Positions 1 to 9,155 of a DNA stretch of 64,000 bases are shown here, piece after piece (position 1 is the first letter of the stretch; every line of letters starts with the position of its first letter). A program made the translations under genes and the position numbers. Below the pieces are notes generated by a model that was not told the DNA's origin, searched no databases, and saw nothing but the letters and a program-made list of their open reading frames with translations. The DNA is from Vicinamibacteria bacterium. Lineage in GTDB: Bacteria; Acidobacteriota; Vicinamibacteria; Marinacidobacterales; Marinacidobacteraceae. Where the stretch lies: NCBI GenBank assembly GCA_963555995.3, contig OY821641.1:1920001-1984000 (forward strand), in the 5' to 3' direction.

Positions 1-151
1 CTTCAACCGGAACTGGGAGAACCGGATGGGCCGGGGCGGCGAGGGCTACCTCGCGAGCCCGGCGGTGGTGGCCGCCTCCGCCCTGCTCGGATACATCGCG
101 CCGCCTTCCGAACTCGGGCTCCGCTGGGACCCGGAACGGTTCGGCGGATGA
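1..151 (+). CDS. Aconitase / isopropylmalate dehydratase large-subunit family protein, 3' end (partial)
   Basis: Own translation from position 2: [35 protein letters not shown]...FGG*, matching the aconitase-family NRNxxxRMG...YLASPAxxAASA motif; TGA at 149-151. Confidence 0.8.
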   Translation, partial: FNRNWENRMGRGGEGYLASPAVVAASALLGYIAPPSELGLRWDPERFGG

Positions 152-174
152 TGACCCCGCTGTGGAACCCGCCG

Positions 175-618
175 CTATCCGACCAGCGTGAGCGCGGACT
201 CAAGCCGGGTTCCCGTGAGCGCCCGCGCGAGGCGGCCGTCGAAGGTAGCGAGGCGGCCGCGATGGCGCGCCGCCAGGGTGGCGAGGTGGAAATCCGTTAC
301 CTGCCTGTGCCCCTGGAGCCGCCGCCGGACATCATCGTCCAGCAGAGTCCTCGCCGGAACGTCATCGGACCAGAAGGTGTGTCCGCCCGAATCGCAGAAC
401 TCCGCCAACCGCTTCGCCGCCGTGCCGGGTGTCTCCGGCGCACCCGGGTAGGCGGGATTCGACAGAACCTGAATAAAGCCCAGTTCCGTGATCGCGCATG
501 TCGCCCAACCGGATCTCCCGCCCGCGCGGAACCAGGCATGGGCGGCTTCGTGATGCGCGTGACTGTCGTCGAACAGCGCGAGCAGCACGTTGACGTCCAA
601 CAGGTACGTCACGGCCAC
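175..618 (-). CDS. vapC: Type II TA toxin, VapC/PIN ribonuclease
   Basis: YLLDVNVLLAL, CAITELGF, QVTDFHL and LATFD PIN motifs; overlaps the antitoxin stop codon; alternative GTG start at 612. Confidence 0.9.
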   Translation of the reverse strand: MAVTYLLDVNVLLALFDDSHAHHEAAHAWFRAGGRSGWATCAITELGFIQVLSNPAYPGAPETPGTAAKRLAEFCDSGGHTFWSDDVPARTLLDDDVRRRLQGHRQVTDFHLATLAARHRGRLATFDGRLARALTGTRLESALTLVG

Positions 619-848
619 TCATCTCGGAGCCGGTTGACAAGTTCCAGGTCCGGACGGGGTGCTCCTGGCGGCAGGGACACCGGCCGGCGTAGCAGGGGAA
701 CGCCGTTCCGCACCACCGGCGCCTCCCTTGGCCCCAGCCCCTTCAGGATCAGTTCCGACGCGACCGCCCCCAAAGTTGTCTGGCGCCGGGCAGCGAGGAA
801 ACGCACGGCGGCGATGGCTTCGGGATCGAGGTTCAGGGTGGTCCGCAT
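609..848 (-). CDS. vapB: Type II TA antitoxin (RHH/CopG-like VapB)
   Basis: MRTTLNLD...LGAVASELI N-terminus and RNGVPLL motif; 79 aa; directly upstream of the PIN toxin. Confidence 0.85.
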   Translation of the reverse strand: MRTTLNLDPEAIAAVRFLAARRQTTLGAVASELILKGLGPREAPVVRNGVPLLRRPVSLPPGAPRPDLELVNRLRDEWP

Positions 849-855
849 GGATGGC

Positions 856-884
856 AGGATAACCGACGCTGATGCGCCACATCA
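856..884 (-). promoter_or_regulatory. Putative leaderless TA promoter (-10 TATCCT) and palindromic operator TGATG-N5-CATCA
   Basis: TATCCT lies 7 nt before the ATG at 848 with no SD; inverted repeat at 870-884. Confidence 0.5.
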
Positions 885-938
885 CGCACCAATCGAGCAA
901 ACCCTGGGTGAGCGCCGGCAAGCGGGCCGCTTCCGCAC

Positions 939-2546
939 GTGACCATCCACCTCCGCGACACCCGGCCGCCGCTGCCGGTGGACCGCTTGATCGCCGACCG
1001 GGCGCCCGGCCCCGAGGCGCTGCCGTTCGACGTGGCGATCGTGGGCGGCGGACCCGCCGGCCTGGCCGCCGCGATCCGGTTGGCCCAGACGGCGAAGGCA
1101 GCCGGCGAGGAGTTCACCGTCTGCGTCTTCGAGAAGGCCGCCGAACTCGGTGGCCACTGCCTTTCGGGGGCGGTGGTCAATCCCATCGCCTTCCGCGAGC
1201 TGTTTCCCGGAACGGAGGACACCGGGTTCCCGTTGCGGGAGCGGGTGACGCGGGAGAGCGTCCACTTCCTCACCCGAGGACGGAGCGTCCGTATCCCGAC
1301 GCCGCCCACCATGCGGAATCACGGGTTCTACACCGCGTCGCTCTCGGAGATCGCCCGCTGGCTGGGCGAACGCGCGGAAGGGCTCGGGGTGGAGGTGTTC
1401 CCGGGATTCGCGGTCGGTTCCCTGCTGCTGCAGGGGCAACGCGTCGTCGGGCTGGAGACCGTCCCGGCGGGACGGCGGAAGGACGGGACTCCCGGGCCGG
1501 GCTTCGAGCCCGCCACCGAGGTGGCGGCGCGCGTCGTCGTCCTCGCCGAGGGAGCGCGGGGACCGCTGGGCCAGGCGTGGCGAGCCCGACTGGGCATCGG
1601 CTCCCCGAGCCCGCCCATCTTCGCGCTGGGGGTCAAGGAACTCTGGAGAACGGAGAACCCACCCGACCGGGTGCTCCACACGATGGGCTACCCGCTGCCG
1701 CGTTCCGCGTTCGGGGGCGGCTTCCTATACCCCATGGGCGACGACGTCGCCGCGCTCGGCATCGTGGTCGGCCTCGACGCCCCCACGGAAGCGCTCGACG
1801 CCCACCGGGCGCTCCAGTCGCTCAAGGCCCATCCCCTGATCCGGCCGTATCTCGAGGGCGGCGAGTGCCTCGAATGGGGCGCGCGGCTGATCCCGGAGGG
1901 AGGACTCGGCTCGCTGCCCGCGCGGCTGTCCGGGGAGGGGCTGCTGCTCGTCGGAGACACCGCCGGGTTCGTGGACGTGCCGTCCCTCAAGGGCATCCAC
2001 TACGCGATGCTCTCGGGAATGCTCGCCGCCGACGCGGCGGTCGCGCATCTGCGGGCGGGAGTGCCGCTGTCGCTCTACGACGCCTCGCTGCAGGACAGCG
2101 AGATCCTCGCCGACCTGCGGCGCAACCGGAACATGCGGCCCGCTTTCCAGCGCGGCTTCTACCGCGGGGCGCTCACGTCCGTGCTCGCCACCCTGACCGC
2201 CGGGGCGCTCCCCCGGGGCACCCTGCCGGTGGAGGACGATGTCAAGCGACCCCGGGAAGCGCCCGCATCCATGTCTCCCCCGCCCTTCTCGAAGCTCGAC
2301 GGGGTGTTCCGTTCCGGGAACAACACCCGCGACGACATCCCCTCGCATCTCGTGGTTCCGGAGAAGGCGCCCGCGGAAACCGCAGCGCTCTGGGAGCGGA
2401 TCTGCCCGGCGGGGGTCTATGAAGCGCGCGGCGACGGCCTGACGGTCAACCCCTCGAACTGCGTGGACTGCCGCGCCGCCGACGTGTTCGGCCCCCGCTG
2501 GACCCCCCGCGAGGGCGGCGTGGGCCCCCGCTGGCGCCGGATGTAG
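939..2546 (+). CDS. Electron transfer flavoprotein-quinone oxidoreductase (ETF-QO/FixC family)
   Basis: FAD motif DVAIVGGGPAGL, GGHCLSGAV, GVKELW, IPEGG, KGIHYAM, C-terminal CPAGVYE...NCVDC. Confidence 0.9.
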   Translation: MTIHLRDTRPPLPVDRLIADRAPGPEALPFDVAIVGGGPAGLAAAIRLAQTAKAAGEEFTVCVFEKAAELGGHCLSGAVVNPIAFRELFPGTEDTGFPLRERVTRESVHFLTRGRSVRIPTPPTMRNHGFYTASLSEIARWLGERAEGLGVEVFPGFAVGSLLLQGQRVVGLETVPAGRRKDGTPGPGFEPATEVAARVVVLAEGARGPLGQAWRARLGIGSPSPPIFALGVKELWRTENPPDRVLHTMGYPLPRSAFGGGFLYPMGDDVAALGIVVGLDAPTEALDAHRALQSLKAHPLIRPYLEGGECLEWGARLIPEGGLGSLPARLSGEGLLLVGDTAGFVDVPSLKGIHYAMLSGMLAADAAVAHLRAGVPLSLYDASLQDSEILADLRRNRNMRPAFQRGFYRGALTSVLATLTAGALPRGTLPVEDDVKRPREAPASMSPPPFSKLDGVFRSGNNTRDDIPSHLVVPEKAPAETAALWERICPAGVYEARGDGLTVNPSNCVDCRAADVFGPRWTPREGGVGPRWRRM

Positions 2547-2560
2547 GGCAGAGCCCCGGT

Positions 2561-3943
2561 TCAGCTCTCCCGCGACAGGTAGTCGAGCAGGTCAATCGGG
2601 GTCAGCAGCCCCACCGCCTGCCCGCCGTCGGTCACCACCGTGATCCGGCCCCCGGCGAAGATCTGGGCCAGCTCCTCGAGCGGACTCGCCGCTTCCAGGG
2701 AAGCGATCTTGTCGGTCTTCACGAAGGCGCTGATCGGATCGCTCCGGCCCACCCCGCCGGAGAAGTGTCCCTCCAGCAGCGAGGCCTCGGTGACCACCCC
2801 GATGAAGCCGTTCTCGTCCCGGACCGGGAGCTGGGAGACGTCGTGCTGGCGCATCAGCGCCACGGCATCGCGGACTCCCGCGGTCGGGGGAACGCTCACG
2901 ATCTCCTGGCCGCCCTTCGCGGCCAGCACGTCGCCGACCGTCTCCCCTTCGCGCGGCGACTCCAGGAAGCCGTTCTGGCGCATCCAGTCATCGCTGAAGA
3001 TCTTGGAGAGGTAGCGGGCGCCCGAATCGGGCGCGAGCACCACGACGAGCGCGCCCGGCGGGACCCGTGCGGCCGCTTCGAGCGCCGCGACCATCGCGGT
3101 CCCCGTGGAGCCCCCCACGAAGAGGCCTTCTTCGCGGGCGAGCCGCCGGGTCATCAGGAAGGAGTCCCGGTCGCCCACCTGGATCACCTCGTCGACGACG
3201 GCGAAATCAATGGTGGACGGGATGAAGTCCTCGCCGATCCCTTCCACCTTGTAGGTGCGCGCCTCGCCGATCCTGCCGGTCCGGAAGTACTCGTCGTAGA
3301 GCGACCCCACCGGGTCCGCCCCCACCACGCGGATGTCCGGATTCCGCTCCTTGAGATAGCGGCCGGTCCCGGTGATCGTGCCGCCGGTCCCCAGCCCGCA
3401 CACGAGGGTGTGGATGTCGGGGCCGACCTGCTCCCAGAGTTCGGGACCGGTGGTGCGGTAGTGGGTCTCCGGATTCACCGGGTTGTGGTACTGGTTGGCG
3501 TAGAGGGCGCCTTCGGTCTCCTCTACGAGACGCTTCGCCACGCTGTAGTAGCTGCGCGGGTCCTCGGGTTCCACCGCGGTCGGCGTCACCACCACCTCGG
3601 CGCCGAGCGCCCGGAGCGCCCGGATCTTCTCGTCGCTCATCTTGTCGGGCATCACGAAGATGGAGCGGTAGCCCTTCACCGCCGCGACCATCGCAAGGCC
3701 CATCCCGGTGTTGCCGGAAGTCCCTTCGATGATCGTCCCGCCGGGTTTCAGGTCGCCCCGGCGCTCGGCGTCCTCGATGATCGTGATGGCGATCCGGTCC
3801 TTCACGGAGCCGCCCGGGTTGAACGACTCCAGCTTGACCGCGATCCGGCCGGGAAGGCCCCGGCCGATCCGCCGGAGCCCGACCAGGGGCGTGTCCCCGA
3901 CCGTCTCGAGGATCGTCCGGGCAATGGCGGATTCAGGGGTCAT
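2561..3943 (-). CDS. cbs: Cystathionine beta-synthase with C-terminal CBS domains
   Basis: PLP-lysine motif NPGGSVKDR, TSGNTG, GTGGT, YKVEGIGED, RYLSKIFSDDWM, CBS pair (VSQLPV). Confidence 0.9.
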   Translation of the reverse strand: MTPESAIARTILETVGDTPLVGLRRIGRGLPGRIAVKLESFNPGGSVKDRIAITIIEDAERRGDLKPGGTIIEGTSGNTGMGLAMVAAVKGYRSIFVMPDKMSDEKIRALRALGAEVVVTPTAVEPEDPRSYYSVAKRLVEETEGALYANQYHNPVNPETHYRTTGPELWEQVGPDIHTLVCGLGTGGTITGTGRYLKERNPDIRVVGADPVGSLYDEYFRTGRIGEARTYKVEGIGEDFIPSTIDFAVVDEVIQVGDRDSFLMTRRLAREEGLFVGGSTGTAMVAALEAAARVPPGALVVVLAPDSGARYLSKIFSDDWMRQNGFLESPREGETVGDVLAAKGGQEIVSVPPTAGVRDAVALMRQHDVSQLPVRDENGFIGVVTEASLLEGHFSGGVGRSDPISAFVKTDKIASLEAASPLEELAQIFAGGRITVVTDGGQAVGLLTPIDLLDYLSRES

Positions 3944-3974
3944 CGGTCTCTCCTTCCGGCGGTGACGGCGCGGC

Positions 3975-5618
3975 TCACTCGCCCTCCCGCCAGTGGGGGG
4001 TCAGCACCTCGCCCGCGAGCGCGCCGGTCGCCTCCCCGTCCTCGATCGCGAACACCCCGGCCACCAGCGCGTGCACGATGCCCTCGGCGAGCGCGTGGGG
4101 GTTCTCGTAGGTGGCCGCGTCCCGGAACCGGTCCACGTCCACGACGAGCAGGTCGGCCACCCGCCCGGGGGCGATCTGCCCCCGGTCGTGCATCCGGAAC
4201 ACCGTCGCCGGGAGGCTGGTCATCCCCCGGACCGCCTCGGCGAGCGTGAGCACCCCCCGCTCCCGGACGTAGCGGGCGATGCGCCTCGGAAACGCGCCGT
4301 AGAAGCGGGGATGCGGGCGTCCCTGGCCCGGCGGCACGAGGCCGCCGTCCGAGGAGCCCATCGTCCACTCGCGGGTCATGATGTGGGCGATGTCCTCCTC
4401 CGACATGTTGAAGGAGACGAGCCCCGCCCCGCCGTCGTCGAGCAGCCGGAGCGCCGCGTCAATCGGCTCGAGGCCCCACTCGGCGGCCAGATCGCTCAGG
4501 TACCGCCCCTCCAGCGCGGTGTCCGCCCGGTGCCGGGAGAGCAGCAGCGTCTCCGCCCCGCCCCGCCGCTCGAGGGCGACCAGCATGTCGGCCCGCAGGC
4601 GGGCGCGTTCCGCGGGGCTGGCGAGCCTCTCCTCGAGCGGCGAGGGCATCCCCGGCATCATCTCGCCCGCGAGCGCCCAGCGCGGCACCAGCGCGCCCAC
4701 GATGCTGGTTCCGGACGCCTCGTAGGGGTACTGGTCCGCGAAGACCTCCACCCCGCGGGCCCGGGCGGCGTCAATCGCCGCGGTCGCGTCCCGGCTGAGC
4801 CCCCAGACCGGGGGACCGAGCGCCTTGAAGTGCGTGACCACGCCCCGGATGCCCTGCGTCTCGGCGACCTCGACCACTTCCTCCACGGCGGCGACCAGGC
4901 CGATGTTGTAGTCGCTCTCGTCCCGGATGTGGCTGACGAAGGCGCCGTAGGGCGCGATCTCGGCCGCGAGGCGCACCACCTCGTCGTTCGCCGCGTAGCT
5001 GCCCGGCGCGTAGTAGAGGCCGCCCGTCATCCCGAAGGCCCCCGCCTCCATGCCGGCGCGCACGAGCGCGGCCATCCGTTCGAGTTCCTCCCCGGTCGGC
5101 GGACGGTCCTCCATCCCGAGCACCTCGCGGCGCACCGCGCCGTGGCCGATCATGAGGGCGACGTGGACCCCGATGCCGCCTTCGGTGAAGCGGCGGCGCT
5201 GTTCCGCGAGATCCACGTCGCCGCCCCCGTCCGGATTCACCATCACGGTGGTGATGCCCTGCCGGATCACCGGCTCCCCGGCGCGCAGTTCGGGGGTCGC
5301 GAGACCCGGCCCGGCGTGGGAGTGCGGATCAATGAAGCCGGGCATGACGGTGAGGCCGGCCGCGTCCACCTCGCGCGCCCCCGCCGGGACCTCGGCGGCG
5401 GGAACGACGCCGACGCGGGCGATGCGGTCGCCCACGACCAGCACGTCGCCCCGGTACCAGGGGTTTCCGGTCCCATCGAGGATCCGGCCGCCCCGGAAGA
5501 CGACCGCCGCGCCCTCCCCGGTCCCGGGCGGCGGAGCGGTCGAACAGGCGAAGCCGAGCATCGCCCCGGCCAGCAGGAGCATTCGGAATCGGATCGGCGA
5601 GTCGTTCACGGGGTCCAT
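3975..5618 (-). CDS. N-acyl-D-amino-acid deacylase family amidohydrolase, probable lipoprotein
   Basis: PGFIDPHSH, SHIRDES, DQYPYEAS, HPRFYGAFPR; lipobox-like LGFAC; start uncertain (ATG 5618, GTG 5609 or ATG 5582). Confidence 0.88.
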   Translation of the reverse strand: MDPVNDSPIRFRMLLLAGAMLGFACSTAPPPGTGEGAAVVFRGGRILDGTGNPWYRGDVLVVGDRIARVGVVPAAEVPAGAREVDAAGLTVMPGFIDPHSHAGPGLATPELRAGEPVIRQGITTVMVNPDGGGDVDLAEQRRRFTEGGIGVHVALMIGHGAVRREVLGMEDRPPTGEELERMAALVRAGMEAGAFGMTGGLYYAPGSYAANDEVVRLAAEIAPYGAFVSHIRDESDYNIGLVAAVEEVVEVAETQGIRGVVTHFKALGPPVWGLSRDATAAIDAARARGVEVFADQYPYEASGTSIVGALVPRWALAGEMMPGMPSPLEERLASPAERARLRADMLVALERRGGAETLLLSRHRADTALEGRYLSDLAAEWGLEPIDAALRLLDDGGAGLVSFNMSEEDIAHIMTREWTMGSSDGGLVPPGQGRPHPRFYGAFPRRIARYVRERGVLTLAEAVRGMTSLPATVFRMHDRGQIAPGRVADLLVVDVDRFRDAATYENPHALAEGIVHALVAGVFAIEDGEATGALAGEVLTPHWREGE

Positions 5619-5653
5619 CCTACGGGAACCGCCCCGTATACTCGCCGGCAAAC

Positions 5654-6379
5654 TTGAACGTGCGAACGGCGGCGATCATTCCCGCACCCGGCGGCGAACC
5701 CGAGCTTTCCCAGGTGCTGGCGTCGCTTCCCCACGACCACCTGCGGGAAATCGTGGTCGTCGGCGCCCCGGGCGCCGAGTTCGCCGACGCCGCGCGGCGC
5801 TACGGAGCCACCGCCGTTGAGGAGGGACGCCCCGGCTACGGGCGCGCCTGCCTCACCGGGATGGTCCATCTCGCGCCCGAACCGCCCGACGTCGTCGTAT
5901 TCCTGCGCGGTGACGGAACGGACGACGCCGAGGAGCTTCCCGCGGTGCTGTCGCCGCTCCTGTCTCCGCAAGTGGACTTCGTCATGGGTTCGCGGAGCCG
6001 GGGACAGCCGGATCCCGGGGCCTATCCGGGCCTGGTCCGCATGGGGCACTGGATCGCGACGCGGCTCATCCTCCTGCTCTACGGCTATCGGTTCACCGAT
6101 CTCGGGCCATTCCGGGCCATCCGCTGGCGGGCGCTCATGCAGTTGAGCCTTTCGGACCCGGACTACGGCTGGCTCGCCGAGATGCAGGTAAGCGCCGCCC
6201 GGGCGCGCATACCGTCGGTTGAAGTCCCGGTTTCGAGTCGGCGGCCGACCGGAGGAGGCAACCGGATCGCCACCCTCGCCGGGTCGTTTCTCGCGGGCCT
6301 CAAGGTCGTGCTGACCGTCCTGCGGCCCAGGAGCACGGATCGCCCACGCATCCAGGAAACGGAACCTCAAACCGGCTGA
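5654..6379 (+). CDS. Glycosyltransferase family 2 (DPM1-like), degenerate motifs
   Basis: AIIPA, GYGRACLTG, DFVMGSR, FTDLGPFRAIR, YGWLAEMQ; the DxD position reads RGD. Confidence 0.8.
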   Translation: MNVRTAAIIPAPGGEPELSQVLASLPHDHLREIVVVGAPGAEFADAARRYGATAVEEGRPGYGRACLTGMVHLAPEPPDVVVFLRGDGTDDAEELPAVLSPLLSPQVDFVMGSRSRGQPDPGAYPGLVRMGHWIATRLILLLYGYRFTDLGPFRAIRWRALMQLSLSDPDYGWLAEMQVSAARARIPSVEVPVSSRRPTGGGNRIATLAGSFLAGLKVVLTVLRPRSTDRPRIQETEPQTG

Positions 6380-6383
6380 CCGC

Positions 6384-7799
6384 ATGTTTCGCCGAACCAA
6401 GATCATCGCCACGCTGGGTCCCGCGACGCGCTCCCCGAAGACCGTCGAGGCTCTGGTAGACGCGGGGATGGATGCTGCCCGGCTCAACTGCGCCCACGAG
6501 ACCGCCGCGAGTCTGCAGGGTCGGGTTCGGGCCGTGCGGCGCGCCGCCAGGAAGGCAGGCCGCGCGGTAGCCACCCTCGCCGATCTCGCGGGGCCCAAGA
6601 TGAGGACCGGCGAGGTCCCCGACGGTGGAGTCGAGTTGAAGCCCGGCGCCCGGTTCGTTCTCACCTCCCGGACGATCGAGGGCAGCGCGGACGCCGTTTC
6701 GACGACGTATCCGCAACTCGCCCGCGACGTCCGGCCGGGAGACTTCATCCTGATTGACGACGGCCTGCTCAAGCTCCGGGCGCTCAAGACGTCGGACCGG
6801 GACGTGGAGACCGAAGTCGTGGTGGGAGGTGTCCTGTCCTCCCGCAAGGGCATCAACCTGCCCGGGGTGCCGCTTTCCGGTCCCTCGCTCACCGTCAAGG
6901 ACCGCGCCGACCTGCGGGCCGCGGTGGCGGCGGAGGTGGATTACCTGGCGATTTCCTTCGTCCAGCGGGCGCGGGACGTCGAGACGGTCCGCGGGCTGCT
7001 CGCGCGGCTGGACCGGAAAGACATCCCGCTGATCGCCAAGATCGAACGGCCCGAGGCGCTGGAGAACCTGGAAGAGATCCTCCGGGTCTCCGACGGGGTG
7101 ATGGTGGCGCGCGGCGATCTCGGCGTGGAGACCTCCTCGGAGCGGGTACCCATCATCCAGAAGTGGGTCATCCGCCAGGCCAACTCGCGGGGCAGGATCG
7201 CGATCACGGCGACCCAGATGCTGGATTCGATGATCTCCCACCCGATGCCCACCCGCGCGGAAGCGTCCGACGTCGCGAACGCGATCCTCGACGGGAGCGA
7301 CGGGGTCATGCTGTCCGGAGAGACCTCGGTGGGCGAGTACCCCGTCGAGGCCGTCCGCACTCTGGACCGCCTGGCCACCTACACCGAACAGCACGCGGAC
7401 TTCGGTGAACTGCCCCACTACCAGGCGCTGATTGACCGAACCCGCGTGGAGCACGCCATCGCGGCCGCCGCCCGGGAGGCGGCGGCCGCCATAGACGCGG
7501 CCTACATCGTCGCCTTCACCGACTCCGGCGCCACCGTCCGCCAGGTGAGCCGGATGCGGCCCCGCTGCGGGATCTTCGGATTCACCACGTCGGACCGCGT
7601 CTATCGCCGCCTGGCGCTCCGCTGGGGCGTCCGCCCCATGCGCAACCGCCGCTTCCGGAACACGGACAACATGCTGAACCGCGCGCTCGAACGGCTCCGT
7701 TCGGAACGCCACGTGACCTCGGGGGACCGGGTGGTCCTCGTCTGCGGCACCACCCAGCTCAGCGGCGCCACGAACATGATGAAGGTGGAGTCCTTCTAG
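6384..7799 (+). CDS. pyk: Pyruvate kinase
   Basis: RRTKIIATLGP, DLAGPKMRTG, IAKIE, MVARGDLGVE, ATQMLDSM, PTRAEASDVANA, MLSGET. Confidence 0.97.
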   Translation: MFRRTKIIATLGPATRSPKTVEALVDAGMDAARLNCAHETAASLQGRVRAVRRAARKAGRAVATLADLAGPKMRTGEVPDGGVELKPGARFVLTSRTIEGSADAVSTTYPQLARDVRPGDFILIDDGLLKLRALKTSDRDVETEVVVGGVLSSRKGINLPGVPLSGPSLTVKDRADLRAAVAAEVDYLAISFVQRARDVETVRGLLARLDRKDIPLIAKIERPEALENLEEILRVSDGVMVARGDLGVETSSERVPIIQKWVIRQANSRGRIAITATQMLDSMISHPMPTRAEASDVANAILDGSDGVMLSGETSVGEYPVEAVRTLDRLATYTEQHADFGELPHYQALIDRTRVEHAIAAAAREAAAAIDAAYIVAFTDSGATVRQVSRMRPRCGIFGFTTSDRVYRRLALRWGVRPMRNRRFRNTDNMLNRALERLRSERHVTSGDRVVLVCGTTQLSGATNMMKVESF

Positions 7800-7815
7800 C
7801 GCGACGCCCACGGCG

Positions 7816-7876
7816 TGGAACGCCGGTCTCCAGACCGGCACCGCGGCGCTCCGCGCCCCGCACGTCGCGACTCCAC
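7816..7876. repeat. REP-containing 61-bp inverted repeat, left arm
   Basis: TGGAACGCCGGTCTCCAGACCGGCACC...GTCGCGACTCCAC; 59/61 identical to the reverse complement of 8287-8347; internal hairpin GCCGGTCT-CC-AGACCGGC. Confidence 0.85.
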
Positions 7877-8075
7877 CCGCAAAAAACGGCTCCCGCCTCG
7901 ACGCAAGGCTCAACGGCGGAGGTGACACCCACGGTTTGGAACGCCAACCTCCCGTCGGCACAGACCGCCGCAGGCGTGCGGGGCGGCGTCGAGCCGAACT
8001 GCGTCGGGCGCGTGCGGCAGCGGATGCGCATGACTCGCCTCTACCGGATGCCGGCCAACGATCCCGACGCGCCGG

Positions 8076-8150
8076 TGGTGGGCGATGCAGGATTTGAACC
8101 TGCGACTTCTACCGTGTGAAGGTAGCACTCTCCCGCTGAGTTAATCGCCC
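8076..8150 (-). tRNA. tRNA-Val(CAC)
   Basis: Reverse complement GGGCGATTAACTCAGCGGGAGAGTGCTACCTTCACACGGTAGAAGTCGCAGGTTCAAATCCTGCATCGCCCACCA: cloverleaf, CAC anticodon, GTTCAAATC T-loop, encoded CCA. Confidence 0.97.
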
Positions 8151-8286
8151 GTTCCCGGGTTCCGAGAGGGCCGGCGATCGGACGCCAAACACCACCTACG
8201 GAAGGCGGGGACGCTAGCAATCCGCCTGTTTCCCGTCAACCTGCCCGCTCGGGTGAGAGCTCGGAAGAGCATGCTGCGAAGGCGTT

Positions 8287-8347
8287 GTGGAGTCGCGACG
8301 GGCGCGGCGCGGAGCGCCGCGGTGCCGGTCTGGAGACCGGCGTTCCA
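8287..8347. repeat. REP-containing 61-bp inverted repeat, right arm
   Basis: GTGGAGTCGCGAC...GGTGCCGGTCTGGAGACCGGCGTTCCA; partner of 7816-7876. Confidence 0.85.
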
Positions 8348-8389
8348 GGCCGTCGCGACGCGGAGTCCGCCTTGGGGGGACGATCGTCC

Positions 8390-9127
8390 CTAGAGAAAGC
8401 CCGCGAGGAAACGTCCCCACAAGGGGGCGAGCGCGGCCTTGAGCGCCACGTCGGCGACCAGGAGCCCGCCCGCCACGGTCAGGAGCCGGCGGCGTCCCGG
8501 TTCGAGCGGCGCGGCGGTCCTGGCGAGCCGCCGGACCAGGGGTTCGGCGCAGACGACGCCGAGGATCACGAACGCGGCCACCCGGCAGAGGGCCCAGGGG
8601 AACCAGGCGAGGGCCGCCGGGACGCCGCTCGCCGCCAGGGCGTACGAAGCCACGAAGAAGTCCATGAAGTTCAGCATCACCGCGCCCATGAGGAGTCCGA
8701 GCGCGCCGCCGCTCACGAGCGCGAGCGGCACGAAGATCGCCAGCCGCTGCAGATGGATCGGCAGGAACAGCCGGAGGTCCCCCTCCGCCCCTTCGCCGGT
8801 GGCCAGCCAGGCCATCATCTCGCCGCGGTAGGCGGCGCCCCGGAACACCGCGGCTTCCGAGGCATCGGGCGCGATCGCCATCGCGATCGGTCCGAAGACG
8901 GCCAGCGCGGCCGCCCAGCCGAGCATCAGCCGCACCGCCTCCGCACGGCGCCCCTCGCCCAGATACCGCCAGAGTGCGTGAATCGCCGGCGCCGCGAGCA
9001 GCAGCGGCAGCAGCCAGCGGGCAGCCCCCAGACCCAGCGACCCCGCCCAGAGTCCGAGCGCGTAGGCAACCGGGACGCCGCCCGCGAGCATCAGCAGGTC
9101 GCGCCGGAAGGAGAGAGCGGGTTTCAT
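8390..9127 (-). CDS. Multi-pass membrane protein of unknown function (weakly SpoIIM-like)
   Basis: About 6-7 hydrophobic segments; AYRGEMMAWLATGEGAEG loop; co-oriented with the meaB-mce gene; start 9127 or 9175. Confidence 0.65.
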   Translation of the reverse strand: MKPALSFRRDLLMLAGGVPVAYALGLWAGSLGLGAARWLLPLLLAAPAIHALWRYLGEGRRAEAVRLMLGWAAALAVFGPIAMAIAPDASEAAVFRGAAYRGEMMAWLATGEGAEGDLRLFLPIHLQRLAIFVPLALVSGGALGLLMGAVMLNFMDFFVASYALAASGVPAALAWFPWALCRVAAFVILGVVCAEPLVRRLARTAAPLEPGRRRLLTVAGGLLVADVALKAALAPLWGRFLAGFL

Positions 9128-9155
9128 GCGCACTACGGAGAGTATCCGGTGCTTC

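Noticed and set aside
7801-8390. CRISPR array or tRNA-anchored genomic island
   Set aside because: The repeats are inverted or dispersed with no regular spacers and no cas genes; I saw no integrase and no duplicated tRNA 3' end in the window
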